Part shown: positions 13,789-27,204 of the stretch, piece by piece | How positions within the stretch are numbered: position 1 is the stretch's first letter | Layout of the letters: each line of letters begins with the position of its first letter | Assembly (NCBI GenBank): GCA_013239625.1 | Contig: MU054323.1 | Coordinates: forward strand, 15,876,029 to 15,940,028 | Length of the DNA stretch: 64,000 nt | Direction of reading: 5' to 3' | Source of the DNA: Lama guanicoe | Lineage: Eukaryota | The notes under the pieces: model-generated | Database searches by the model: none | Seen by the model: only the letters and a program-made list of their open reading frames with translations | Told to the model about the DNA's origin: nothing | Position numbers and translations under genes: made by a program

Positions 13789-14002
13789 TGTTCTGTTCCT
13801 CCCCAAGAGCAACCAATGTTTCAAGAACTTTGATTCCTTCTTGAACAGCTAAAAGTTCTGTGTTACTGGCTGGTCTGTTTCTTTCGACAGCTTTTAGCTT
13901 TTCAACTACTATTGGAGCTAATGAATGGATATAGGGGGTTGAAAGGGCACGATTGGAATGTTGAAAGACTGACAGGAGAAGCTGGTAACATTTGGCTTGA
14001 AC
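13789..14002 (-). CDS. HEATR5B: HEATR5B coding exon 17/18 (214 nt)
   Basis: atatag|GTT CAA...AAC A|gtaagt; [71 protein letters not shown]. Confidence 0.94.
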
Positions 14003-14689
14003 CTATATGAGAAAATTATTTCATTAATTTACATATATGACAGTTCTTATCTGCTCTACAATCACATTACATCTTAATATGTACTTAATACTGAAAAGAA
14101 GCAATACTGCAGGCTGAAAATAGAAATGTGAGATGAATTAATGCCTTTTCCTTCTTTTTATGGAAATGGAGTGATAAAACTTCTAATATGCTAACTAAAT
14201 AAACCTAACTGAAAAGAAATTAATCAAATAAACATTCCTTATATGTTAATTGCCAAATTACCATTGCTTATATAATTTGTATATTTCTGTAGTAAGAAAC
14301 TAGAAATCAGGAATTCTAATTTCTGTTTTTAATTCTTTCTTTAATTTACAATTGTCTCTCCCACTTTAACCTAACATATTTAGCATGGAAAGCTATTATT
14401 TGAATGATGCCAAACAAAGCTATACATACACATTACTTACACGCTTCAGCTCCATTTCTAGGATTCCCTAAAATGACTGTTTCTATCAATTTAAGTGTTC
14501 AAGGTTTAGAAAGTAAGGTCTCAGTGGCTCCACTTTATATTAGAAAGACTTCATATTAATAACAAACAAACAAACCAAAAAAAAAAAAAAAAAAGGAAGG
14601 AAGGTTCATCAATACATCAACATATGGAAAAAACAATGGAAGAAAACTGTTTCAGTGCTTTGGAGAAGAGAAGTTGCCAAACGCTGCTG

Positions 14690-14832
14690 GACATAAAAAT
14701 TACGTGGGAAATGTTTTTAAAATACAGATCTTTGGACCACACATCTAGAGATTCTGATTCAGGAAGATAACTGTAGATGTTAACTAAACTGTTTTTTTTT
14801 TTCCTGATGTGCAGCATGTTTGAGAATCATTA
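14690..14832. mobile_element. MER5-like hAT-Charlie MITE
   Basis: aaaatacagatctttggaccacac...agattctgattcagg...tgatgtgcagcatgtttgagaatcatt. Confidence 0.65.
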
Positions 14833-14980
14833 GTTCAGACTTTGACACTGTAAAACAATAAAACTTACTTTCTAAAAAACCTAGAGTTTCCAAAATAGGC
14901 CCATTAAAACATGTTATAATATATATTTATCCTTTAATGCCATTGATGTCATTAAGAAACAATGAAAAACAGAAACACAT

Positions 14981-15151
14981 AACAAGTTTATACTGTATAG
15001 CACAGGGAACTATAATCAGTATCTTATAGTAACCTATAATGAAAAATAATATGAAAAGGAATATATGTATGTATATGTATGACTGAAACATGCTGTCTAC
15101 CAGAAATTGACACAACATTGTAAACTGACTATCCTTCAATTAAAAAAAAAC
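14981..15151 (+). mobile_element. Short L1 3' tail, same family as 7721-8255
   Basis: aacaagtttatactgtatagcacagggaac...cattgtaaactgactatccttcaattaaaaaaaaa; degenerate 16-bp TSD. Confidence 0.88.
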
Positions 15152-15414
15152 AAAAACAGAAGCATGTAAAGTCTCTATCAACATAGGCCAGGGTTAATCA
15201 AGTATTTTAGATACTGGGGAATTTCTGCATATGTAAATGAACATATACATGTCTCCTGAAATGCTTAAACCAGTGATCTTTTCCAGTTTTCTGTTGAAAA
15301 GCCATATAGCAAACACTTACATTTTCATTTGATGTATCACACATTTTAATGAATCGATCTGAAATTTTCCTCATAAAGTGGAAGGTTCACCACTATGTTT
15401 TAAGTGTAACTTAC

Positions 15415-15566
15415 CCACGGGTCACATGAATTTAATGCATTTTTAAATCTGCTCATGCAGCCATTCTGTAGTGACTGGACTCCTATTATTTCACTACTAG
15501 CAGACCACAGGAAGAGTGCAATTGCTGTTAGCATGCTTACTTCATCAGGTGCAGGCACAGTATCTT
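15415..15566 (-). CDS. HEATR5B: HEATR5B coding exon 16/18 (152 nt)
   Basis: ttcag|AA GAT...CCG TGG|gtaagt; [50 protein letters not shown]. Confidence 0.93.
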
Positions 15567-16769
15567 CTGAAATATATGAATAAGGAAATATTGATATATA
15601 TAAAAAATGAAGGCACTATGCTATTTATGAAATGTTTTGAAATTTCAGTTTTGAGCAGTAACCCTCTCTCCCCAGCAACTTCTACAGCAGTGTGTTCCTT
15701 CAATGTAACACAGTCCATAAACAACTTTATGAATAGAACTCATCTATTACTAAGGACACAGGGGACACTTGAGCAGAAGTCCCTGTAGTTAAGTCTCTCT
15801 CCTTGTTTTTCCAAATGGTACAATATTAACTGAAAAACATTCAGACATACATCCTAACAAGAACTCTAATATGCAAGAAAATTTTAATATAAAATATAAC
15901 ATGAAAGTATAAAATTACTTAAAAGTCATTTAACTTCTTTGGAGTTTACATTGACCAGAAATTTCCAAATACTCTCCTTCCAACAAAGTTAAATGATCAT
16001 AAGATATTCTAAGTAATTTACAAATCTAGAGTAGACTTTTATAGTGAGCTTACTTTTCTATTTAGTAAACATGAAACCTGTAAATTCTACACAACCACAA
16101 ACAAAAAAAACTCACACAATTTCCTGAAGACAGTATTCTCATAATTTAAAAAAATTTCCTGCTATTGCAATCATTTATTTAGGAATAAATACTTTAACTT
16201 AATGGTGATACAGTATGTAATTAGAAATGTAGGAAACATGTACATTTATTCTAAAGATATTACTGAACATTTAATAAAATAGGAGACCCAAACTATTTTG
16301 TGATTATCATTTCTTCTACAGCTGAACTTATCAACATTCTTTATATGTGAATTTGGGCTAATTTGGCAGCTATAAATACTCAGTGATAATCTGTACTTTA
16401 TTAGAATTATGAACAGACATATTTGATTTGCTAACATTCTCTCATAATGAGGGTGCTAGCTTTTCTTAAAATAGAATGACCTAAGAATGACAGTTGAGAA
16501 GAAGCCTGTTAACATAAAGAACAACAACAAAAAAGATGTAAAATTAGAAAGATTTACCCAATTTACAATAACCTAAGCCATATATGTTAAAAACCTGAGA
16601 ACTCCACTGAAGAAATGCTATTCTAGGTGAAATAAAAATAATCTCTAACTCAGAGTTTGTGACACTACAAGCAATTTTTGTCAGAAAAATAACATTTTAT
16701 TTTTAAATTGTGACTTAAAGAAGATTTGGCATCTAATTTTAAGAATTTAAGATTTGGCATTCTCTACTA

Positions 16770-17900
16770 AAAAGAACCAGGGCTTTTGAGAGAAATGAGT
16801 GATTCCAGAACAGTAACAGGGAAAATACAAGCTGAGTCTGTTATATCTTAGTGCCAGAAAGTAAGAAAGTGCTCAAGAAATAATGGGGGCGTGTCAAAAT
16901 GCTTTTTAAGGTAAATTTTTAACAAACTAAAGAAACATTAAATGCTGTAGTGACACTAATGCACGAACATATGATAATACAGGGAGGGCAAAGAAAAAGC
17001 TCTTCCTTTCAGCAGAATGCCAGCGAATAAATATAAAAGAAAGAAATAGATGTAGAAGCCAGAAAATTATCATCTTGATATTATCATAGTAATAACTGAT
17101 TCAAGTACAGCAAATGCTAAAAAACACTGGGTGAAGGCTTGATAAGGGACAGACAACAGACATAGTCTTAAAGTATCTCCCTGCAAATTCTGTCCTAATT
17201 GTAAATGGGGAAAATGTCAACTTTACAGTGGAGAAACATGGCAGACACCAACTTAAGTCACTACAGTTAGGATTCTCAGTAACAGGACAAAGCAATATTA
17301 TATGCCTCCTTATATGATGCACTGAGAAAGACAGCTGTACTCATAACCTGAATCTCACCATGACAAAAAAAAAAAGTCAGACAGTACCAAGTCAAAGAAC
17401 AGTCTATAAAATAGATGGTCTGTACTCTTAAAAAACATCAATGTCATGAAAGACAAAAGCAAAGGAACTGCCTTAAAGAAGACTAAAGCATTCTTGACAA
17501 CTAAATACAATGCATGATCCCGGACTGTACTCTAGATAAAAAGAAACAAGTTCTATGAAAGTCATTATTAGGACAACTGGTGAAATTTGCATATGAACAA
17601 TAGGAGCCTTGTATCAATGTTAAATTGCCTAAATTTGATAATTCTTCAGTGGTTATGTAAGAGACTGTTCTTGTTCTCAGGATATCCATGAAGTATTTAG
17701 GAGTAAAGAGTCATGATGATTTCAATTCTCAAAAGGTTCAGCAAAATTAATAATAATAATATTCATATGTAGATTAGAGAGTAATAAAACATATGTGGCA
17801 AATGTTAACAATTGGTGAATCTAGGAGAAGTTCACTGGAGTTCCCTATAATATTCTTGTAATTTTTTTAAACGTCTAAAATCTATTTCAAAGCTGAAGGC
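16770..17900 (+). mobile_element. Old L1 (L1MC/MD-like) 3' UTR
   Basis: ctttacagtggagaaacatggcagacacca, caactaaatacaatgcatgatcccggactg, tgtatcaatgttaaattgcctaaatttgataa. Confidence 0.75.
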
Positions 17901-19294
17901 TTTAAAACTGAAAAAAAAATTATAGCAATCTTAAGAGTGATTCATTACATTCAGGGAGATTTATTTGTGTGCGTATGTGTCCACATACATACACTGGTAC
18001 ATTTTTTAAAGTGGAAGTCTCAGGTTTTATAATATGGAATATGATTTTCACAAGGGAAATTCTCCATTATAAAACTTTTCTTGTAAAGTAAGAAATTCTG
18101 CTTGCCTTGCTCACCAATACCATACAAATAAATCTGGAGTCTTGATCTCTACTTCATACTGACTATGCCTACTGAGAATTCAGTTCTGAACAGATTATCT
18201 TAGGCAAGTTAATACTCTTATACCTTTAAATTCATCTAGATGAATGAACAAGATGGGTAAAATATCAAAATCTTCTTTATAATGGACAATTAAAAAATAT
18301 ATGATTATTGACTATGGACACTTTCCATGAAAATGAAAATAATATTTATATTTTTAATGAATTCCTACTTTTTTCTTGTTATATCTATTTATCTGCACAT
18401 AAATACATTATATGTAAATATAATTACAGCATTTAATGTTTCTTAGATTGTTAAAAATTTACCTTTAAAAGCAAAATATTAACTCACGATAAAGCTAAAA
18501 TAGTTTTAGTAACATAAATAAAACTCATATAAGTTGTCCCTTCCAAATATTAATACTAAAAAAAAAATCAGATAATAAAAATAGTATATGGTCATTGTTT
18601 AAAGTATAACAAAGGTATAGGAAAGAAAATAAAACTTGTAATACTACCATCCAGAGATAGTTTAAGTTTAATTTCTATATTTTTGATTAATTTCTTCTGG
18701 TCTGGGTTAGTCTTTTTATATATAGTTATTTATAAACATGATTTTTAATAGATATAATGGATAAATAATCCAAACGAATATATCATCATATATTTAATAT
18801 TTTTCCCACTACCAGATAGTTATATTTATCACTTTAATATTTTCATTATTGTAAAACAGACTGTGATAAATAATCTTCAAAATAAGTTTTTGATCAAAGA
18901 GGTCACAGTATGAATTCTTGAAGGTTCTTTGTACATTTTGCAGAATTGATTTCCCTGTTTTAAACTCCCTTCAGCAAAGTATGAAAATGTTCTGGTACCA
19001 ATTCCACCTGTACATACTCACATTTAAAAAAAATCAGTTTTACAGGTATAAAGTTATATTATTTTGTTTTTACTTGTATTCTTTGCTTATAGAATAATGT
19101 GGCTAATTTTTTATAGCTTGGTGGGTATCTCTATTTCCTTTTTTTAATCTGTGTTCCTTCCTTTCTTCTTTCTTATATTCGGTGTTCAACGTTTTCCTTG
19201 TAAGACTTCTTTGTATATTAATGATTATTAACACTGATAAAAATATTATTGTCAGTTTCTCATCTTTTTTTCAGCTATCCTTTGCTTTAAAAAT

Positions 19295-19502
19295 TTTTTT
19301 CTTCCAGTTTTATTGAGATATAATAGACATACAGCACGAGGTAAGTTTAAGATGTACATCATAATGATTTGACTTACATACATCATAAAATGATTACCAC
19401 AATAAGTTTAACGAACATCCACCATCTCATCTCATATAGATACAAAAGTAAAGAAATAGAAAAAAACTTTTGTCCTTCTGATAAGAACTTTTAGGATTTA
19501 TC
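19295..19502 (-). mobile_element. L1 3' tail
   Basis: tttattgagatataatagacatacagc...atgattaccacaataagtttaacgaacatcc. Confidence 0.8.
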
Positions 19503-20029
19503 ACCTGTCTTTTAATGTACATTGCTTTGACAAATAGAAGTTAAATTCTATTGTCCAAAACATTGATATTTTCCTCTGTGATATTTACCATTGACTTCCA
19601 CTTACATTGTCCTTTGCTATTCTGACATAAAAGATTCACTTATATTTTCGTTTATCTATTTAAAAATTTTTACATTATCATTTTAACTTACCTTGTATTT
19701 ATTCTGAGTCATGATATAAGAAGAGGGCCTAACTGGAACGGGTATCTCAAATGGCTACTGACACAAACCATTTGAAGAATAATGAATGTGCCTTTATCAT
19801 GTGTTATACTCTCATGTGTATGAATGTCTGTTTTAAAGCAATCTGTTCTGTCTCATTGCCCTATCTGTTCACTCTCGGGCCCACTCCACAGTTTTAGATA
19901 GTGTGGAAATGTTTTAATAGGCAATATGGCAAATCTTTAATTTCTCTTCTTTGTTTTCAATTCTTTCACATTTACAACAGAAGTAAAATGAAATAAAAAG
20001 TCAAACACAGAAGAAAAACGGACAAAACT

Positions 20030-20600
20030 ATGAACAAGCATTTTCCCCCAAATTAAACACAAACATGAAAAATGCTTATACTCATTAGGAAAATGAAAAA
20101 TGCCAATTAAAACAATAAGAGGACGTTTTTACCTATCAGGTAGCAAAATTTAAAAGTCTGAAATATGTATTGGTGGGGGATCATACACTGCTGGTAGAAG
20201 TGTAAATTCATGTAGCTACTTTGGAGAGCAATTTGGCAATGTCTGATAAAACTAATCTTTTTTTTTTTTTTTGGGTGGGGGGAGATAATCAGTTTTTTTT
20301 TTTGTTTTTTTTTTTAAATGGAGGTACTGGGCATTGAATCTGGGACCTCATGCACGCTCTCTACCACTGAGCTATGGGTTGACAAAATTAAGATGTGTTA
20401 TCAATTCCACTGCTAGGGGTATGCCCTAGAAAATCTCATAGCTTATGTGCATGAGGACTTTACAAAGATGTTCACTGAGACAAGTTTTGTAATTGGAAAA
20501 AATCAGAAAAAGTAAAAATATCCACTGACAGGGGAATGGATAATAATTGATAATATAAGTGGATAACTACACAGGAGTTCAAAACAATTATGAGTTTTAT
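20030..20600 (+). mobile_element. Old L1 (L1ME-like) fragment interrupted by a SINE
   Basis: catacactgctggtagaagtgtaaatt...actttggagagcaatttggcaat; caattccactgctagggg. Confidence 0.7.
20258..20378 (-). mobile_element. Vic-1-type SINE with short internal deletion
   Basis: ggaggtactgggcattgaatctgggacctcatgcacgctctctaccactgagctat; approximate TSD tgataaaactaa/tgacaaaattaa. Confidence 0.8.
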
Positions 20601-20832
20601 ATGTCTACATCCTTTCTTTTTGGGAAAATCTCCCAATACGTATGTAAGTGCTAAGACAAAGGCATTCAGAGTCAACATCCAGAAAGGGAACTAAAATTCA
20701 CATCTGAAAGATGGGACTAAAACACCTCTTTGAGTTGATTCAGCATTACACAGCAGTTTTCTGACTAGCTCCTTCAATTATTAGGGAACAGATATGCTAC
20801 TAAATTTAAAAATTTAAAACTGATTAGGTTAC

Positions 20833-21057
20833 CTGGTTGAGAATATTCTAGGATGCATGCGAGAGTGCTACGAATTAGAGCGGTCCACTGTTTTTGAGTA
20901 TCCTCAGTTTTGGCCATTGAAAGTGTCACAATACTTTTGATTCCTTGAAGAGCTGCACTGACCGGGGGAGGAACCTGATTATCTGCCGACTTTATTGCTG
21001 TGTCTTTCAATATTCTTGCAATTAAAAACAGAATCGTGGGCAGGATTGTCATACATC
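20833..21057 (-). CDS. HEATR5B: HEATR5B coding exon 15/18 (225 nt)
   Basis: ttcag|GA TGT...CCA G|gtaacc; [74 protein letters not shown]. Confidence 0.94.
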
Positions 21058-22220
21058 CTGAAATAAAGACAAATCAGATTACCTCATAACTACTTCAGTT
21101 TCCATATTACAGTTGTTTCAATTGTTTATGGGGTTTTTTTTACAATTGACTGTGGCTTAATATTATTTCTTTTTCTTTTATTTGTACATTTACTGCACTA
21201 TTACTATAATTCAATGTTTGAAAAAGAAAATAAGAAAGTCACAAGTTATTTCAAAGAAGACAATTAATATTTTCTTTCTTTTCCCAACTTGCCTTGTTTT
21301 TATTACTTCCAATATTTCACCTATTTAATATGTCATGCCCTTCATAATGAAAACAAAGAAGGAAGGTAGAAAAACAGAAGGAAAAGAAAAAACCTACCAA
21401 GTACTTTGAGAAGTATCTGAGAAACTTGGTGAATCATGTAGCAATTCCAAGACAAGCAATCAATCTCATTGTACTAAATCAGCCTCAGTACTATATCAGT
21501 GTACTAACCAGCCAGGAAAATAATTAAAAAAAAAAATTACAAAAAGAAATGAAAGAATCCTAGGATTTGTAGCTGAAAGAACTTCAAGATCATCAAATTC
21601 AATCTCCCACTTCAATGAAAGACTCCCTTCACCACTCTCACATGTAGCCATTGTGTCTGCTTGCAAAGCTTCAATGATGGAGAATTCACTACTTTCACAT
21701 CTGTAGGCTTGTGTTGAGCTGAAATTCACTTTTATATCTCCTGATACTATCTCTACCTTCTAGATAACAGAGGGGAAGTCTATTTTTTTATCCAATAGTT
21801 CTTCATGTGTCTGCAGACAGCTACTATTTTTTTCAGCTGTAATTTCTTTGGTTGCTCCTTAGAGTCGGCTGTCACTCGCCTCTGGCATCTGTAGTTTGTC
21901 AGTGTTGCTGGAGCGTGGCAACCAGATTAGAAAATAAAGGGTTTAGTAATTCCACTTTATGTCTGACTGCTAACGCTCAATATCTTCCTTCAAGCTGTGG
22001 TTCTGTCTCTTTGCCAGAGTTTGAAATATATCCGAAAGGAGTATCTTGGGTTTTTGGGTTTTTAAATCTTTAGTCTTAGGCTACTTAAAAAAGACCTACT
22101 TTTCCATTCACACTGAAATTTAAGAAGAAAATAAGCCATAATAGCACTTAAAAATCAAAGGTAAGCTCATCTTTGCCTAATATAGTATAATACATTTCCA
22201 AACAGTGATCAATACTGTAC

Positions 22221-22487
22221 CAGCAGGTGAACAAAGGGATGGTAAGTCAGAGAGTATGGTAACTGTGGCTGCCACCAAACGAGCACTTTCTTCTGACAGT
22301 CGAGTTTTAGTGGCTACATGACTTGGAGAGTCCGACATCTTGGTACTGAGATGCGGCATATGCCGAACTAAAATGAACATCAACAGTTCCATAGTTGCAA
22401 ACACGAGAGATTTTCCAGGAATAAGACCACCACTGTCACCTCCTTCTCCTAATACAGGACAGGATTCTTTTTCTGTATCATCTTCAT
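22221..22487 (-). CDS. HEATR5B: HEATR5B coding exon 14/18 (267 nt)
   Basis: cccaag|AT GAA...GCT G|gtacag; [47 protein letters not shown]...[11 protein letters not shown]. Confidence 0.92.
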
Positions 22488-22760
22488 CTTGGGTGAAAAA
22501 AAAATTGGTGAAATTCTCAGTAAAAAATAACAAATAGCAGATAAACAACACAAGAAGTATACATGATAAATTCTTTCAAAGTAATTTACAACTAAATGTC
22601 TAACTGATGCTGTGTCTTTCTTGGAATAATTCTCTGCCTTACTAGAATTCTGTTTACTGATCTCTCCCTTAAAAGTAAAGGGCAATTAATTTTTTACTTT
22701 GAAAACTTTTGTTAGGTATTTTTATTAGAAATATATTTCATAATAGGAGTAACACATATG

Positions 22761-22840
22761 TTAGGCTGAAACATATGAAGTTGATAGTTTTGAAGGTGAA
22801 AAATAGTTAAAAACAAGCAGTTTCATTTGGTTCTTTCTAA
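22761..22840. mobile_element. MADE2-like 80-bp mariner MITE
   Basis: Exactly 80 bp with imperfect terminal inverted repeats ttaggctgaaacatatgaa ... ttcatttggttctttctaa. Confidence 0.75.
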
Positions 22841-22971
22841 TGAAAGCAAAATCAATTGCAAATCTTCTAAATGTATGGTTAACTTTTTAAATTAAAAACT
22901 ACCTGGCATTAATATTTCAAATTAGAGTACAAATAAATCTCTTCAAAGTTAGTGTAATTTCTAGCACTCAC

Positions 22972-23116
22972 TTAGAGTGTTTCTCTTTTCCTGCAAATAA
23001 TCCTGAGCAGCTCTTACTATCTGTTGTACAACTCCAGTCACCAGCAGCTGGACGGATGGCGGATTCCAGGTCAATAGGAGGCGGTGCAAAACACTCAGCA
23101 ACTCAACACCAATCAG
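22972..23116 (-). CDS. HEATR5B: HEATR5B coding exon 13/18 (145 nt)
   Basis: aatag|CTG ATT...CTA A|gtgagt; [48 protein letters not shown]. Confidence 0.94.
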
Positions 23117-23599
23117 CTATTATAAATTAATAGAGAGAAATTAATTTTAATTTCAAAAGATACATTTATATTATTAAGCCTAAGAAAATACACATGTAAA
23201 AATAAATTTGGTAGCTAAAATTAATACATAGGACTATGTAGCAAATATAACAATCTTGAGAAATGGTCATATTTTATCCCAACATATTTTCAATCAACAA
23301 ATTACTTTATTATTTATATATTTAAATAATTTTTACATTTTAAAATGATCATTCTCCTATTTCTTTCCTCTTTTGGACTAAACAGCATTGCTAGAGTCCA
23401 GTACCACTAAATTTATAATTTCGAACCTAAGACCCAAGAGTAGTCTACTGGAGATTCTGAGCTTTCTGGTGAGTCTCTCTCAGACCCATCTCAGAACTAT
23501 TAAAAATTTTCATACTTCACTACCCACTTTGAAAAGGCCTCTTACTCACAACCTTCCACATTAAACCCATCCGATGTACCTGTTTCAAATTTTTAAAGA

Positions 23600-24995
23600 G
23601 GGAGAAAAAAACTAACTGTAACCAAAACCACCTTTACCTCTTTTCTTAAGATCAAGTGTCCAGCCCCTTATCCAAGGCTGATTAATCTTTCCTCATGGTC
23701 TTCCTATCCCATCCTGTTGGACTCCCCAAGGTTACCACCAAGACCTCAATCATACCCCATATGTCATCAACCTCTCTCTCTAGCCAGGCTTGCTTCCCAC
23801 TGTAAGTATACACTCAAGTCTTTCCTATCTAATTTCCCCCAACACCTCAAAAAACCTCTCAGATCCTCTTTTCTGCTGCCATATTCTCTCCTATCTGTCT
23901 CTGTCATGTTTCTTCCTTTCCCAGACCAAATGCTTCCCCTTCCTTCATCCACTCATTCACTCTTTGGTCTTCTATAATCTGGCTCTATCCACCGGAGAAA
24001 ATGCTCTGCCTGAAGTCACCAATAACCTCCTCTAGACATCCTTCTGTCCTTATTTACTGGCTTTGGTTTGTTTTGATACCGTTGTCTGTCTTCGAAACTC
24101 TTTGTTGTCTTCAGTAACTCTGTTCTTTTTGGTTCTCTGCCTCCCTCTTCAGTAGTCTCCACTGCTGATTTACTTCCCTCATCTCAAATCTTATTTGCTA
24201 TTCATCCCTAAGGTTACAGTCTTGGCCCTCTCTCCTTCTTCCTTATTCAGTTTTCCTAGGCCAGTGGGTTGTCGTCTCTCTAGAATTATGAAAACAGCCT
24301 CATAATGATCCTCCCTCCTCCCTTCTCATGTCTTACAAACAACCACTACAAGATTGACAGAGTGATCAAATCTAGGTGTACTGTATTTCTGCGGTACAAA
24401 TTTAATCATGTAATTCCTCTATTTAAATCTTTTTAATGATTCCCTGTCGCTTTCAAGAGAGATTTTTAAACCATTTAACACGCAATAAAGAAATCTTCAA
24501 GATTTAGCCTTTATCCCATCGTTCAGCCTGACGCCAACATGTTCCAGTCACCCCAGCCACAGTAAATGATAGTAGTGCCCTTGAATCTGTCATGTTCTCT
24601 CACTCCTCCTTGTCTTCGTATTTGCTATTCTCCTCAAAAGGAAAGCCCATCCTTCCTGCTCTGCCTCACTAATCCACTTTTAGGATTCAATACAACCATT
24701 ATCTCCTGTGAGAAGCCATCCCCCCTTTTTTGAAATGTTTGCTTATGTGTTGATTTACTTACTTACTTTCATCAAGGTATAGCTGACATAACATTAGACT
24801 AGTTCCAGATGCCATGCCATCCTTCCTTTTCCTGTAAGAATGGCAGCGCTCCTCATCTCTAATCTCATTACACCTTTACACACACTGGCACTTAACATGT
24901 TGTACTAATCTCCTAATTAAGGTGCAGTAAAACCATCTTTAATAGCCTCAAACTGTCTGGTGCAGGACAAAGTAAAAGTTGTTGGGTGAATGAAG
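23600..24995 (+). mobile_element. L2 fragment(s)
   Basis: Pyrimidine-rich L2-like body (gtcaccaataacctcc, aatcatgtaattcctctatttaaa) ending gttgttgggtgaatgaa. Confidence 0.65.
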
Positions 24996-25205
24996 AAAAT
25001 TGATGAGTCACTGTACTCAGATAATGTTAAAATACAGGATCCATCTCAGAAATAATCCATTCTGTTGTAAAACAACGCTTGAGTAAATAAAACATTACTA
25101 AGTCCAAAAATAACTAAATATTTAGGTGTGAGACATTATGTTAAAACTAAGATAACTGAGTGCAAACATAATAGTCCCTCTTCATTCATAGATTAAATTT
25201 TATCT

Positions 25206-25408
25206 GGGGGGAGGGTACAGCTCAAGAGGGGAGGGTATAGCTCAAGTGGTAGACTGCATGCCTAGCATGCACAAGGTCCTGAGTTCAATCCCTAGTACCT
25301 CCTCCAAAAATAACTAAACTTAATTATCCCTCTGCCAAAATTTTTTAAATGATAATTAAATAATACAATAATAAATAAATATTAAAAAATCATTAAATTA
25401 AAAAATTT
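25206..25408 (+). mobile_element. Vic-1-type SINE with duplicated 5' head
   Basis: ggggagggtatagctcaagtggtagactgcatgcctagcatgcacaaggtcctgagttcaatccctagtacctcc plus AT-rich tail; TSD core aattttatc at 25196-25204 and 25409-25417. Confidence 0.9.
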
Positions 25409-26172
25409 AATTTTATCAGTTTGCCTATTTGAAAACAGCCCTCAAATTTCTTGCAGCCGTCTGTAGTTTAGCTGAGGCACAGCTTCAGGCTCCGAGACTG
25501 GGGTACAAGAAGAGCTCATCAGTGAGTGAATCTTGTAATCACACAGCATGTGCAAAATTAAACTGACATAATACAACAATTTCTTTTTATCTCTTTGTGT
25601 TTTATGAAAAATCACCTCAAGTAATACCACTTGGTAGTGATTGTGTCCACAGAAATCATTGCTATTATGAAAGTAAAATAATTTCTGATTAAAAAGAATA
25701 ATAAATCCACTGGTCTCTTGGTTCTGTAACATGAATAAAATCCTCTAAATACTCCACACAGAAATTAGAAACAGCGATTCACTGAACTTTTTAAATGAAT
25801 ATTTGAGCCAGTGCAAAAAATTTTCATTAATTGAGAGATAAAACTTAATCAAACATTTAAAAGTGACATAATTTATTTAACAGTTTAATGAATTACTTCA
25901 GCCCTTTATTAGTGGAATCATTAACTGGGGCTGAAGGCATTCCTTATATTTTTAGGTGTACTTGACTGCTGATGAACAAGAGATCAAAGAAGGCAGACTA
26001 ACAACCTCTAGTCCAGCTGTGTCTGGTCTTCCAACATTCAATATAGGGTCTTAGACAAAGCCAAAATCCTGAACACTTACTATGTAGTACTTATTTCATA
26101 TGTGAGAAAATATCTCATGATAAATATGATGAAAACAAAGCATAAATTATCTATTGTAGAAATATACTGTAC

Positions 26173-26300
26173 CTGATCTTCTGCAATATGGATTCGGGCA
26201 TAAGGAGAATCCAGCAAGGTGTGTAAGGCCTGCAGACATGCTGTAACATGTTCAACAGGTTCCTCAGGTCTTGGGGAACAGAGGAACTGTATACTCACAC
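26173..26300 (-). CDS. HEATR5B: HEATR5B coding exon 12/18 (128 nt)
   Basis: ttgcag|GT GTG...GAT CAG|gtacag; [42 protein letters not shown]. Confidence 0.94.
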
Positions 26301-27204
26301 CTGCAATGTACAAGGCAAAAACATGGATTTGTTAACATAAAACACTTTGTTGCTTTGACACCACTTAAAAAAAAACTTTTATCTACTTATTTTTTCCCAG
26401 ATTACTTTAACATACATTTATTAATGCCTTAAAGTGAGTTCAAAATAATTTTCAAAATAAGCAGCCAAACTTAGCATGGGGTATAACTTTGCAATTAGGT
26501 TAATAATCACATAAGAGAGGGTGGGATTTCCAAGGTCATCAGGTTGATTAAGAAGACATTTAAAGACATTCTAAAATAATACATTAAGAATAAATTCATG
26601 AAAATTATAAAACTGTCATTAAATGATTGTCAAAGAATTTTTTCACACAAATTTTTAAAATGGCAAGCTACACGAGGCACAATGTGTGTCATGATAACAA
26701 CTGCTCTTAATTTATGTGAGGGTAAGGTCATTCCTTTGGAAGCCTTACATGTTTTCATTTATGAGATCTCCCGACAAATTCTATAATTTTACCTTATCAT
26801 TTGTATTCCTCCCTCACCCTTGCCTTCCCGAAAACATAAGAGCTTCATCAGAATGTAAAATTCTTAAGTGTTAAAAGAACATCTATAAAGCAATTATAAA
26901 TAAGATTTATTCTAATTAGCTTTAATTTTACATTTTATTATTTTGTCATGGGACAATATGTTAAGTACCAAGTAAAAAGAAAACTTTTTGTTGAAAAAGA
27001 AAGTTTAGTTTTTTTCCCTAAAAATTATTCAATACAGCTCTGTCAGTGAACATGGCAGAGAATTTTTAAAGAGCAGTTTTTAATAATTAAACTTTTATAT
27101 TAAAAATTCAGTTAATTTAGAAAATGTGCTAAAAATCCTCTTTTTACTATTCCTTCTCTGAACTGTACTATATAAAATTTTTCCAAGGATTAAAATAAAA
27201 GATA

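Noticed and set aside
21845..22030. Slightly GC/CpG-richer intronic patch with gttgc...gcaac
   Set aside because: Spacing does not fit an RFX X-box and nothing else supports a function from sequence alone.
25228..25302. tRNA-like sequence with A and B boxes (also at 8660-8731, 20320-20375, 39055-39130)
   Set aside because: These are SINE heads: they have A-rich tails, TSDs and copy-to-copy divergence, so they are not tRNA genes.
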